A DNA stretch of 64,000 bases from Spirochaetia bacterium (lineage in GTDB: Bacteria; Spirochaetota; Spirochaetia; SZUA-6; Bin103): contig OZ241907.1 in NCBI GenBank assembly GCA_965203515.1, forward strand, positions 3,616,001 to 3,680,000. Direction: 5' to 3'. Position 1 is the first letter of the stretch, and every line of letters begins with the position of its first letter. The notes below the pieces were generated by a model. That model saw nothing but the letters and a program-made list of their open reading frames with translations. It did no database searches and was not told the DNA's origin. Below are positions 47,961 through 54,662 of this stretch, one piece after another. Position numbers and translations under genes: made by a program.

Positions 47961-50483
47961 GGCGGCGGTGGCGGGGTGGCGGCGTTGGCGCTGAGCGGCG
48001 CGGTGGCGGACCAGGAGTGGATTGAGGGGCAGGCGATCACGCCGTTGACGCTGCCGGCAGCGACCGGCGGCGACGGAGCGGTGAGCTATGCGTTGAGGCC
48101 GGAGCTGCCGGGCGGCGTGAGCCGGGACGCAGCCAGCCGGGAGGTGACCGGGACGCCGGAGGCGGCCCAGGCGGAGACCGAATACACCTGGACGGCGACC
48201 GACGGCGGCGGCGCGACGGCGGAGGTGACGTTCACCATCGAGGTGCTTGCCGGCGCGGTCCGGGACGAGCCGCCGGTGGGGTCATCGGCGCCGGCGTCGG
48301 GTCTGGTGCCGCCGGCGGCCGGGGTGGTGAAGGTGACGATCGGGGACGCGTCGATCATGGAAGGCGACGGGCGGCGGGTCGATGCGGAGTTCACGGTGAA
48401 GCTGGACCGGGCGAGCGCGGCGCCGGTCACGGTGGGGTATGAGACCCGTGACGACACGGCGACTGCGGGGGCCGACTACGCGCAGCGGGCGGGAACGGTG
48501 ACGTTCGCGCCGGGGGAGACGGAACGGACGATAGCGGTGACGGTGCTGCCGGACATGACGGTGGAGGCGAACGAGGAGTTCCTGGTGACGCTGGCCGAGC
48601 CGGAGGCAGCGGTGCTGGAACGGGGGATGGCGCGGGGGACGATCGGGGACAACGACGTGGCGTTGCTGGCGATCGGCGACACGCAGGTGAAGGAAGGGGA
48701 TCGTGGCCGATCGGCGGCGTGGTTCGAGGTGCGGATGATCTCGAAGACGGAGCGGCCGGTGATGCTGCGGTACACGACGAAGGACGGGACGGCGCGAGCG
48801 GGGGAGGACTACGAGGCGGCGAGCGAGATGCTGGTGTTCGCGCCGGGAGAGGCGGCGAAGCGGGTATCGGTGGCGGTGCTGGGAGACACGGAGCCGGAGG
48901 CGGACGAGACGTTTGGGGTGACGTTGCAAGCCGCCGAGCAGCGTGCTGGGAGTGGAGGACTGGCGGCCGAGGGGGTGATCGAAGACGACGACCAGGATCG
49001 GATGCGGCGAGCGTTGCGGCGCGCGCACGCGGAGTTTGCGCGGGTGGTGGCGACCGACGCGGTGGCGGTGATCGGGGGTCGTCTGCGGGACAGCGCGGCG
49101 GGGGCGGGGTCGCAGGTGACGCTGCACGGGCAGAGGTTGGCGTTGGCGGAGCTGACGGGAGCGGCGCCAGAGCAGCGGTGGGCTGCGGCGGAGCCGGAGG
49201 CGGCGGAGTACCGGCAGGTGTCGTTCGGGGAGTTGCTGTCGCAGAGTTCGATCGACCTGCGATCGAACGATCTGAGCGGCGGCGCGCCTGCCGGGGATGC
49301 GGGAGCCGAGGGAGCGGGAGACGGCGGCGGATTGGAGTGGAGCATCTGGGGGACGGGAACGCTTGGGGGGTATTCGGGAGCGGGCGAGGTCAGCGGCGGG
49401 GCTGGAGCGAGGTGGGACGGAACGGTGCCTGGGGGCTACGTGGGGGCGGACCTGCGGGTGGCGCCGCCGCTGGTGGTGGGGCTGGCGGTGTCGCACCACG
49501 TGGGGACGATGAGCTATGAGGAGAGCGGCGACGGGGACGGAGGAGCGGCGTTCGAGGCGCAGTTGGGGACCGGGATGACGAGCGTGCTGCCGTACGTGCT
49601 GGTGGAGCCGCTGGCGGGGCTGGAGCTGTGGGGGATCGTCGGGGCTGGTCTGGGCGGCAGCGGGGTGAGTTGGGAGCGTCAGCGGCTGGAAACGAGCAAC
49701 CTGCTGTGGTTGGGAGCGGCCGGGGCGCGCTACACGGCGTGGACGATGGCGGGGCTGGACCTGTCGGTGGGGACCGACGGGTACTATGCGTCGCTGGGAG
49801 CGGAATCCGGGCAGGCGCCGTGGCTGACGAAGGACTTGGCGGCGGTGACGGTGGGGCGGGTGCGGGTGCTGGCGGACACGCGGTACGACTGGCAGGTGGG
49901 TGAGGAGTCGATGCTTGGGGTGAAGCTGGAGGTGGGCGGACGCTGGGACGCGGGTGACGCGGCGAGCGGGTTTGGAGCGGAGGTGGGCGGCGGAGCGGAG
50001 TACCGGCATACGGGGATCGGGCTTGGAGTGGAGGCGAGCGGGCGGTATCTGGTGGCGCACGAAGACGTGGAGTTTCGGGACTGGGGAGCGAGAGCGGCGG
50101 TGACGTTCGATCCCGGCGTGCCGGGCCGGGGGGCGGCGGTGCGGGTGCAGCCGGTGTGGGGAGCGGCGAGCAGCCAGGCGGCGAGCGTATGGAGCGGAGC
50201 GGGGCTGTTGACCGGCGGCGGTGTGGAGGAGCGAGCGGAAGCCGGTCTGCGGCCGGACCGACTCGATGCGGAGGTGAGCTACGGGATCGAGACGGCCGGC
50301 GGTGCGGGTCTGGTGACGGTGTACGGGGGTCTGACGCAGGCGCTGACCGACAGCGCGGTCTACCGGGTGGGGAGCCGTCTGGAGGTGGGCGGGCTGAACG
50401 TCGACCTGTCGCTGGACCAGCAGGAACGGCCCGGCGCTGCGCCGGCCTACGGCCTCGAAATCGCCGGTACCCTCCACTGGTAA
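36444..50483 (+). CDS. Giant surface protein, 3' part: repeat stalk, putative-Ig, two Calx-beta domains and a C-terminal autotransporter-like beta-barrel
   Basis: Begins mid-repeat, in the same frame as 21444..36419. TATAGADY/TARAGEDY...FAPGE Calx-beta motifs, a helical linker, then Gly/aromatic-rich strands (WSIWG, YVGAD, LEVGGRWDAGD) ending GLEIAGTLHW. Confidence 0.88.
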   Translation: MTVTAVDNTADAPDKEVTVTAAVSGDSGIADPASVTLTIEDDEAAPGVTLAVADSAIAENGGTTTVTATLSHASSVATTITVQPVTGAYTVGSDATIEIGAGETANAADTVTITAVNDDVDNVGNRTVTVTGTAQNSQGAGTVTGASLTLTDDEATPTATLVLSAETIDEHDGTNPGKATVTATLNRASSEAVTLTVAAAAGTNAAVGDFSLSGTKTLSIAAGATSSTGTVTVTAVDNTTDAPDKEVTVTAAVSGDSGIAAPASVTLTIEDDEAAPGVTLALADSAINENGGTTTVTATLSHASSATTTITVTAVTGAYTVGSDATITIAAGETANAADSVTITAENDAINNVGGPTVTVGGTAKNSHGVGTVTGARLALTGTMVLDRETGGAAPGVTLAVADSAIAENGGTTTVTATLSHASSAVTTVTVTAVDGSYMVGDDVTITIGAGETANTADTATITAVNDDVDNVGDRSVTVSGTAQNSQGVGTVTGASLTLTDDEATPTVTLALSAETIDEHDGANPGKATVTATLNRASSEAVTLTVAAAAGTNAAAGDFSLSSTKTLSIAAGATSSTGTVTVTVVDDTIDAPDKEVTVTAAVSGDSGIAAPAAKTLTIEDDEAAPGVTLAVADSSVAEDGGTTTVTATLSHASSAATTITVQPVSGAYTVGEAATIEIAAGETANASDTVTIAAVDDDVDNVGDRSVTVSGTAQNGQGVGTVTGASLTLTDDEATPTATLALSAETIDEHDGSVTGSATVTASLNRASSEAVTLTVTAAAGTNAVAGDFSLSSTKTLSIAAGATSSTGTVTVTAVDDTTDAPDKEVTVTAAVSGNSGIAAPASVTLTIEDDEAAPGVTLAVADSAIAENGGTTTVTATLSHASSAATTITVQPVTGAYTVGEDATITIAAGETANTADSVTITAVNDDVDNVGNRSVTVSGTAQNGQGVGTVTGAALTLTDDEATPTATLALSAETIDEHDGTNPGKTTVTASLNRASSEAVTLTVAAAAGTNAAAGDFSLSSTKTLSIAAGATSSTGTVTVTAVDDTVDAPDKEVTVTAAVSGDSGIAAPAAQTLTIEDDEAAPGVTLALAASAINENGGTTTVTATLSHASSAATTITVQPVTGAYTVGTDATIEIAAGETANAADSVTITAENDAINNVGGQPVTVGGTAQNSHGVGTVTGASLTFKGRLVLNRETGEAAPGVTLAVADSSIAENGGTTTVTATLSHASSAATTITVTAVDGAYTVGTDATIEIGAGETANATDSVTITAENDAIDNVGDRSVTVSGTAQNSQGVGTVTGASLTLTDDEATPTVTLALSAETIDEHDGTNPGKTTVTASLNRASSEAVTLTVAAAAGTNAVAGDFSLSSTKTLSIAAGATTSTGTVTVTAVDNTADAPDKEVTVTAAVSGDSGVAAPASVTLTIEDDEAAPGVTLAVADSAIAENGGTTAVTATLSHASSAATTITVQPVSGAYTVGDDATIEIGAGETANAADSVTITAVNDAIDNVGNRTVTVSGTAQNSQGVGTVTGAALTLTDDEATPTATLALSAETIDEHDGTNPGKATVTASLNRASSEAVTLTVAAAAGTNAAAGDFSLSSTTTLTVAAGATSSTGTVTVTAVDNTTDAPDKEVTVTAAVSGDSGVAAPASVTLTIEDDEAAPGVTLAVADSAIAENGGTTAVTATLSHASSAATTITVQPVSGAYTVGDDATIEIGAGETANAADSVTITAVNDAIDNVGNRTVTVSGTAQNSQGVGTVTGAALTLTDDEATPTATLALSAETIDEHDGSVAGSATVTASLNRASSEAVTLTVAAAAGTNAAAGDFTLSSTKTLSIAAGATSSTGTVTVTAVDDTTDAPDKEVTVTAAVSGDSGIAAPASVTLTIEDDEAAPGVTLAVTDSAIAENGGSTTVTATLSHASSAATTITVTAVTGAYTVGTDATIEIGAGETSNAADTVTVTAVNDDVDNVGDRSVTVSGTAQNSQGAGSVTGAALTLTDDEATPTATLALSAETIDEHDGTNPGKATVTASLNRASSEAVTLTVAAAAGTNAAAGDFTLSSVTTLSIAAGATSSTGTVTVTAVDNTTDAPDKEVTVTAAVSGDSGIAAPAAKTLTIEDDEAAPGVTLAVADSAIAENGGTTTVTATLSHASSAATTITVQPVTGAYTVGEDATITIPAGATSKAADTATITAVNDDVDNVGNRTVTVSGTAQNGQGVGTVTGAALTLTDDEVTPTATLALSAETIDEHDGTNPGKTTVTATLNRASSEAVTLTVAAAAGTNAAAGDFSLSSTKTLSIAAGATTSTGTVTVTAVDNTTDAPDKEVTVTAAVSGDSGIAAPAAKTLTIEDDEAAPGVTLALADSAIDENGGSTTVTATLSHASSAATTITVQPVTGAYTVGSDATIEIAAGETANAADSVTITAVNDAIDNVGNRTATVSGTAQNSQGVGTVTGAALTLTDDEATPTVTLALSAETIDEHDGANPGKATVTASLNRASSEAVTLTVAAAAGTNAAAGDFSLSSTKTLSIAAGATSSTGTVTVTAVDNTTDAPDKEVTVSATVSGDSGIAAPASVTLTIEDDEAAPGVTLAVADSAIAENGGSTTVTATLSHASSAATTITVQPVSGAYTVGSDATITIAAGATANTADTATITAVNDDVDNVGNRTVTVSGTAQNSQGVGTVTGASLTLTDDEAMPTATLALSPETIDEHDGTNPGKATVTASLNRASSEAVTLTVAAAAGTNAAAGDFTLSSTKTLSIAAGATSSTGTVMVTAVDNTTDAPDKEVTVTAAVSGDSGIAAPASVTLTIEDDEAAPGVTLALADSAIDENGGSTTVTATLSHASSAATTITVQPVSGAYTAGSDATITIAAGATSNSADTATITAVNDDVDNVGNRTATVSGTAQNSQGVGTVTGASLTLTDDEGAPTATLALSPETIDEHDGTNPGKATVTATLNRASSEAVTLTVAAAAGTNAAAGDFTLSSAKTLSIAAGATSSTGTVTVTAVDNTTDAPDKEVTVTAAVSGDSGIAAPASVTLTIEDDEAAPGVTLAVADSSIAENGGSTTVTATLSHPSSAATTITVQPVSGAYTVGSDATITIGAGETSNAADTATITAVNDAIDNAGNRTATVSGTAQNSQGVGTVTGASLTLTDDEGTPTATLALSPETIDEHDGTNPGKATVTATLNRASSEAVTLTVAAAAGTNAAAGDFSLSSTKTLSIAAGATSSTGTVTVTAVDDTVDAPDKEVTVTATVNGDSGIAAPAAQTLTIEDDEAAPGVTLAVADSAIAENGGSTTVTATLSHPSSAATTITVQPVTGAYTVGSDVTITIPAGATSKAADTATITAVNDAIDNVGNRTVTVSGTAQNSQGVGTVTGASLTLTDDEATPTATLALSAETIDEHDGTNPGKTTVTASLNRASSEAVTLTVAAAAGTNAAAGDFSLSSTKTLSIAAGATSSTGTVTVTAVDDTVDAPDKEVTVTATVSGDSGIAAPASVTLTIEDDEAAPGVTLAVADSAIDENGGTTTVTATLSHASSAATTITVTAADGAYTVGSDATITIPAGATSKAADTATITAVDDAIDNTVNRTATVSGTAQNGQGVGTVTGASLTLTDDEGAPTATLALSAETIVEHDGTNPGKATVTASLNRASSEAVTLTVAAAAGTNAAAGDFTLSSTKTLSIAAGATTSTGTVTVTAVDDTVDAPDKEVTVTAAVSGDSGIAAPASVTLTIEDDEAAPGVTLAVADSAIAENGGTTTVTATLSHASSAATTITVTAVDGAYTVGTDATIEIAAGETANAADTAGITAVADAESTGDRTVTVTGTAQNSQGAGEVTGAELTLRDGGGGGVAALALSGAVADQEWIEGQAITPLTLPAATGGDGAVSYALRPELPGGVSRDAASREVTGTPEAAQAETEYTWTATDGGGATAEVTFTIEVLAGAVRDEPPVGSSAPASGLVPPAAGVVKVTIGDASIMEGDGRRVDAEFTVKLDRASAAPVTVGYETRDDTATAGADYAQRAGTVTFAPGETERTIAVTVLPDMTVEANEEFLVTLAEPEAAVLERGMARGTIGDNDVALLAIGDTQVKEGDRGRSAAWFEVRMISKTERPVMLRYTTKDGTARAGEDYEAASEMLVFAPGEAAKRVSVAVLGDTEPEADETFGVTLQAAEQRAGSGGLAAEGVIEDDDQDRMRRALRRAHAEFARVVATDAVAVIGGRLRDSAAGAGSQVTLHGQRLALAELTGAAPEQRWAAAEPEAAEYRQVSFGELLSQSSIDLRSNDLSGGAPAGDAGAEGAGDGGGLEWSIWGTGTLGGYSGAGEVSGGAGARWDGTVPGGYVGADLRVAPPLVVGLAVSHHVGTMSYEESGDGDGGAAFEAQLGTGMTSVLPYVLVEPLAGLELWGIVGAGLGGSGVSWERQRLETSNLLWLGAAGARYTAWTMAGLDLSVGTDGYYASLGAESGQAPWLTKDLAAVTVGRVRVLADTRYDWQVGEESMLGVKLEVGGRWDAGDAASGFGAEVGGGAEYRHTGIGLGVEASGRYLVAHEDVEFRDWGARAAVTFDPGVPGRGAAVRVQPVWGAASSQAASVWSGAGLLTGGGVEERAEAGLRPDRLDAEVSYGIETAGGAGLVTVYGGLTQALTDSAVYRVGSRLEVGGLNVDLSLDQQERPGAAPAYGLEIAGTLHW

Positions 50484-50495
50484 GATCACCGACCG

Positions 50496-52049
50496 GTGAT
50501 CGAACGGCGCTTCAGCGACCTCTGGGGGCAGTTGCAGGGCAAGAAGCCGCATCTGCCGCACTTCCTGGCGGAGATACGTCTGCAGGGTATCCGCGGGATC
50601 GACGACCTGCGCGTGGTGCTGGACTATCCGGTAAGCGTGATCGCCGGCGGCAACGCCAGCGGCAAGTCGACCGTGCTGTTCGCGGCGGCGTGCGCCTACC
50701 GGGTGCCGGGCGCCGGAGTCAGGGACTTCGCGCCGTCCACGCTGTTTCCCGACTACCGCCCCCGATACGGCGGACGCGAGGACGAGAAGCGCGCGGTCAC
50801 CATCGAGTTCGACTACGCCACCCCGGACGGCCGGCGCTCCATGCGCTGGCGGCGCGCCAAAGGCTGGAACCGCAGCTTTCTGGGGCGCAAGAACGCCAGC
50901 CAGCCGGAGCGTCCGGTCTACCTGCGGACGCTCAGCAACCTCAGCAACCCGTCGGAGGCGCGCGGTGTGCTCAGCATGTCGCAGCGGAGCTCGCCGGCGC
51001 AGGAGAGGCCGCTGACCGCCTCGCAGATCGAGTTCGCGCAACAGCTTCTGCCGTTCCGCTACGCCGAGGTGGTCGATCTGTCCAGCGGCAACAAGAACCT
51101 GCTGTTTGCCGCCCAGGAGCGCGGCCCGGCCTATTCGGAGCTGCGCATGGCCGCCGGCGAGCGCGCCATCCTGCGGTTGGCGCAGGAGATCGCGCAGCGC
51201 AGCGGGGTGCTGGTGTTGATCGACGAAGTGGAGGCCGGGCTGCACCCCTGGGTCCAGCAACTGCTGATGCTGCAGTTGCAACAGCTCGCGCTGCGCAACG
51301 ACCTGCAGATCATCGTCACCACCCACAGCCCGGTGGTGCTGGACTCGGTGCCGGCCAACGGGCGCATCTTCCTGGACCGCGGCGAGAGCGGGCGGGTAAC
51401 GGTGCAGCAGGCGCACGTCGACGTGGTGCAGGACGCGCTGTACGGCCGCTCGCGGGAGGTGCTCAACCTGCTGTGCGAGGACGACGCGGCGCAGGCGGTG
51501 GTGCAGGGGGTGCTGGATCACGTGGTGCCGAAACGGCGCATCAGAGGGGATTCGGTGCGCATCGGCCGCGATACGGGAGCCGACGAGTTTCCCGCGCACG
51601 CCGCGGCGTTCCGCAAGTTCGGGCAGATCACCAACTTCGTCTTCATCCTCGACGGCGATCAGCGCGACAGCGGCATCGACGAGCGGATCCGGGAGCAGGC
51701 CGGGCGCGCGGTGCCGGCCCTGTTCCTGCCCGGCCGCGAGGCGCCGGAGGCGTGGGTATGGGAACGGCTGCGGCAGGCCGCCGGGCCGATGGCCGTCGGG
51801 CTGAGCGTCGATCCGGGGGAGCTGTCCAGCCGGCTGGACCGGCTCGACGCGGTGTACGACACCGCCTCCGACCGGCCTGCGGCGATCGCCAAGGCGAAGC
51901 TGCGCGGCCTGGGCGAGGTCCTGCGCCGGGAGGCTGCGGACATCTGCCGCACCGTCGCCCGGCTGGAAGCGGAACGTCCCGAAAGCGACCTGCAGCCGTT
52001 CGCCGAGGGGCTTGAGACCGTGCTCCTGCAATGGCGCGCCGGACAATAG
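50496..52049 (+). CDS. ABC-type ATPase fused to a TOPRIM-like domain (OLD-like ATP-dependent nuclease candidate)
   Basis: Walker A GGNASGKST, signature-like MAAGE, Walker B LVLIDEVEAGLHP, H-loop TTHSP. C-terminal LLCEDD and FILDGD match the TOPRIM E and DxD motifs. Confidence 0.82.
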   Translation: MIERRFSDLWGQLQGKKPHLPHFLAEIRLQGIRGIDDLRVVLDYPVSVIAGGNASGKSTVLFAAACAYRVPGAGVRDFAPSTLFPDYRPRYGGREDEKRAVTIEFDYATPDGRRSMRWRRAKGWNRSFLGRKNASQPERPVYLRTLSNLSNPSEARGVLSMSQRSSPAQERPLTASQIEFAQQLLPFRYAEVVDLSSGNKNLLFAAQERGPAYSELRMAAGERAILRLAQEIAQRSGVLVLIDEVEAGLHPWVQQLLMLQLQQLALRNDLQIIVTTHSPVVLDSVPANGRIFLDRGESGRVTVQQAHVDVVQDALYGRSREVLNLLCEDDAAQAVVQGVLDHVVPKRRIRGDSVRIGRDTGADEFPAHAAAFRKFGQITNFVFILDGDQRDSGIDERIREQAGRAVPALFLPGREAPEAWVWERLRQAAGPMAVGLSVDPGELSSRLDRLDAVYDTASDRPAAIAKAKLRGLGEVLRREAADICRTVARLEAERPESDLQPFAEGLETVLLQWRAGQ

Positions 52050-52071
52050 GGTAAAGCGGAGGCGAGTCACC

Positions 52072-53460
52072 ATGGACGCGAACGCGGCGGCGGACGGCCT
52101 GATCGGGCGCGTGCTGCGCTCGCCCGCGGCGCGGCTGCTGGGCCTCGGCGTCCTGGCGCTGGCGCTGCAGGCCCCGGTGCTCTACGTCGGCGATCTGGTG
52201 CGCGAACGGCAGGGTACGCGCGACGCCGCGGTGGCGGAGATGGCCGCGGCCTGGGGCGGCGCGCAGCGGCTGGCCGGGCCGTTTCTGCTGGTACCCTACC
52301 GCACGCCGGCGGAGCGGGACGGCGCCCGGCAGGGGGAGGCGGCGGCCACCTTCCTGCCGGTCGATCTGCGGGTGACCGCCGACCTGAAGACCGAGCGCCT
52401 GCGGCGCGGGTTGTTCCAGGCGCCGGTCTACCGGTCGATCGTCGAGCTGTCCGGGAGGTTCGAGCCGCCGGACTTCCGGCAGTGGGCGGTGGCCGCCGAT
52501 CAGGTGCTCGGCGAGCGCGCCGAACTGGTATTCGAGGTATCCGACGTGCGGACGATTCAGACCGGCGCGCGCCTGCGGTGGGAGGGCGGCGATCTGGAAT
52601 GGCGGCCGGGTACCGGGCTGCGCGGCGACGGCCGGCCCGGCATACACGCGCGGCTGCCCGAGCTGGCGGCGGACGCGCCGGCCGAAGGCGCGCCGGCGGA
52701 TGGCGCCGGCGCCTGGACGTTCCGGGCAACGCTGGAGCTGGCGGGCAGCGCCGGCCTGCGGATGGCGCCGGCGGCCGCGGCGACCGCCGTGGAGATCACC
52801 GGCGACTGGCCTGACCCGAGCTTTCAAGGGGCCTGGCTGCCGGCGGAGCGCGAGCTCCGCGACGGCGGCTTCAGCGCCTCGTGGCGCATCTCCCATCTCG
52901 GCCGCGGCTTCCCGCAAAGCTGGCGGGCCGGCGCCTACGGCGAGCAGATCGACGCGGCCATGGTCGGCGTCGACCTGCTGACGCCGGTCGATCCCTACCG
53001 GCAGGCGGTGCGCAGCCTCAAGTACTCGCTGCTGTTCCTGGCGCTGACCTTCGGTACGGCGTGGCTGTTCGAGGTGCTGGGCGGCGCCCGGCTGCACCTG
53101 ATCCACTACGCGCTGATCGGCGCCGCCATGTGCCTGTTCTACCTGCTTGAGTTGGCGCTCAGCGAGCACCTGGGGTTTCCCGCGGCCTATGCGATCGCCG
53201 CCGCTCTGGTAGTCGTCACCAACGGGGCGTACGCCCGGCCGCTGCTGTCGACGGGCCGGGCGGCGCTCCTGGCGGGCGTGCTCGGCGTGCTGTACGCCGG
53301 CATGTACGCGCTGCTGCAGCTCGACGACTACGCCCTGCTGGCCGGCGCGGGCGCGCTGTTTCTCATCCTGGCCGCGGTCATGTACGCCACGCGCCGCGTC
53401 GATTGGCATGCCGCCGACTTCATACGACCGAGCCACACCACGAAAATACCAGATAAGTAA
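52072..53460 (+). CDS. creD: Inner membrane protein CreD family
   Basis: LVRER...WGGAQRLAGPFLLVPY, RRGLF, DWPDPSFQG, GFSASW, RSLKY, HLIHYALIG, LALSEH, MYATRRVDW. ATG 52072 has a GGAGG SD. Confidence 0.92.
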   Translation: MDANAAADGLIGRVLRSPAARLLGLGVLALALQAPVLYVGDLVRERQGTRDAAVAEMAAAWGGAQRLAGPFLLVPYRTPAERDGARQGEAAATFLPVDLRVTADLKTERLRRGLFQAPVYRSIVELSGRFEPPDFRQWAVAADQVLGERAELVFEVSDVRTIQTGARLRWEGGDLEWRPGTGLRGDGRPGIHARLPELAADAPAEGAPADGAGAWTFRATLELAGSAGLRMAPAAAATAVEITGDWPDPSFQGAWLPAERELRDGGFSASWRISHLGRGFPQSWRAGAYGEQIDAAMVGVDLLTPVDPYRQAVRSLKYSLLFLALTFGTAWLFEVLGGARLHLIHYALIGAAMCLFYLLELALSEHLGFPAAYAIAAALVVVTNGAYARPLLSTGRAALLAGVLGVLYAGMYALLQLDDYALLAGAGALFLILAAVMYATRRVDWHAADFIRPSHTTKIPDK

Positions 53461-53506
53461 CTTTTTCCAACGTCCGCATTGACGCCGGAATCGACCGGCG
53501 CCGATA

Positions 53507-54593
53507 GTGTCGTCGCCAGGGACCGTGCTTGCCGAACTCCTCCGCCCGCTGATATCGCGCGCTTTGCTCGACGGTCCCGGCTGGGACCGGCTGCTGGCCC
53601 GGGTCGTGGCGGTGCCTGACGTCGGGTCGGCATCGCCCATCGGTTGCGAGTTTCGGCTCGGTGAGCAGACCCCGGCGGCGGACCTGTTCGTCGTGGTCCG
53701 TCCGGGGAGCCCGCTTGCGCGGCACTATATCCGCAGGGGTGAAGCCGCGCATCCGCGTTCGGCGGCGGCGCTGGCCCGATACTTCGTCGAGATCGGGCAA
53801 TCCGACTCCGCTCTGCGCGCTTGCATCGCCGGGACGATGCTCGAATACGACTTGGCCGAGACGCCGGCGGCGGAGCCGGGCGTGTTTCTGAGGATGCGGC
53901 TCGCGGAGGAGACCGAGACTGATGACCGCCCGCAACGCCTGCCGATCGCGGCGCTGGCCGGCGCGGTCGGCTGGACCGATGACGGGGAGGAGCGGCGGTC
54001 GGTGGCGCGGGTGCTGGCGGCCTTGCCGCCGGCCGGCCGGGTCGCTCACGTCGGAGCGTTGCCCGGCCGGTCGCCGCGGGCGGTGCGACTGGTGATCCAG
54101 GGGATCGAGCACGACGAGCTGGCCGGGGTGCTGGAGCGGTTGGGCCGGCGCGGGTCGATCCGCGCGGCGACGGAGATCCTGACCGACCTTGCGGAGGTGT
54201 TGCCCCGGGTTCCGGCTGGCCGTGGACGTGACGCCCGCGGGGCTGTTGCCCCGGCTCGGTCTGGAGCTCTACCACGCCGGATCGTGGCGCAACAGCCGGG
54301 ACGCTTGGCTGCGCACGGGGCGGGCGGACTGGAGCCCGGTCGTGGAGCGGCTGGCGCTGCGTGGCTGGTGCTTGGGCGCGAAGGCGCAGGGGCTGCTGGA
54401 GTGGTGCGCGCTCGACAAGATGTACGACCGCCGGGGTGTGTTCCACGTCTACAAAGGGATCAACCACGTCAAGCTCACGATCACGGACGCCGGGGTCGGC
54501 GCCAAGGCATACGCCGGCATGACCTACGCTCTCGCGCAGGATCGACCCGCCTCGGGGCCGCTGACGGCGACCGGTGCGCCCGCTCGGCATTGA
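53507..54593 (+). pseudogene. Hypothetical protein gene split by a +1 frameshift (real lesion or sequence error)
   Basis: Frame 1 reads plausibly to ...LAEVLPR. Frame 2 continues FRLAVDV...PRLGLELY...INHVKL...AKAYAG. Removing one base from CCCCGGG (54203-54209) joins them. Confidence 0.7.
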
Positions 54594-54662
54594 CAGGTCG
54601 ATAGCAACCTGCGACCTTTCGTCGAGCCCGCAACGGCTCCTACATCCTCCGGAGGACCCCAC

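Noticed and set aside
21417..52073. Very long antisense ORFs (5310 aa, 1267 aa, 1263 aa and the repeated 222-aa ORFs)
   Set aside because: Expected stop-free shadows of a GC-rich, Thr/Ala/Val/Asp-biased repetitive gene. The translations are low-complexity and mirror the sense repeats.
50496..53460. Gabija, retron or PARIS system
   Set aside because: No UvrD helicase, reverse transcriptase/ncRNA or separate partner gene is adjacent. The neighbour is creD.
54590..54620. TTGACA as the oxidase promoter, or AGGTCG...CGACCT as a terminator
   Set aside because: There is no -10 box at 16-18 nt spacing, and the 6-bp stem with an 11-nt loop and short T run is too weak to call.
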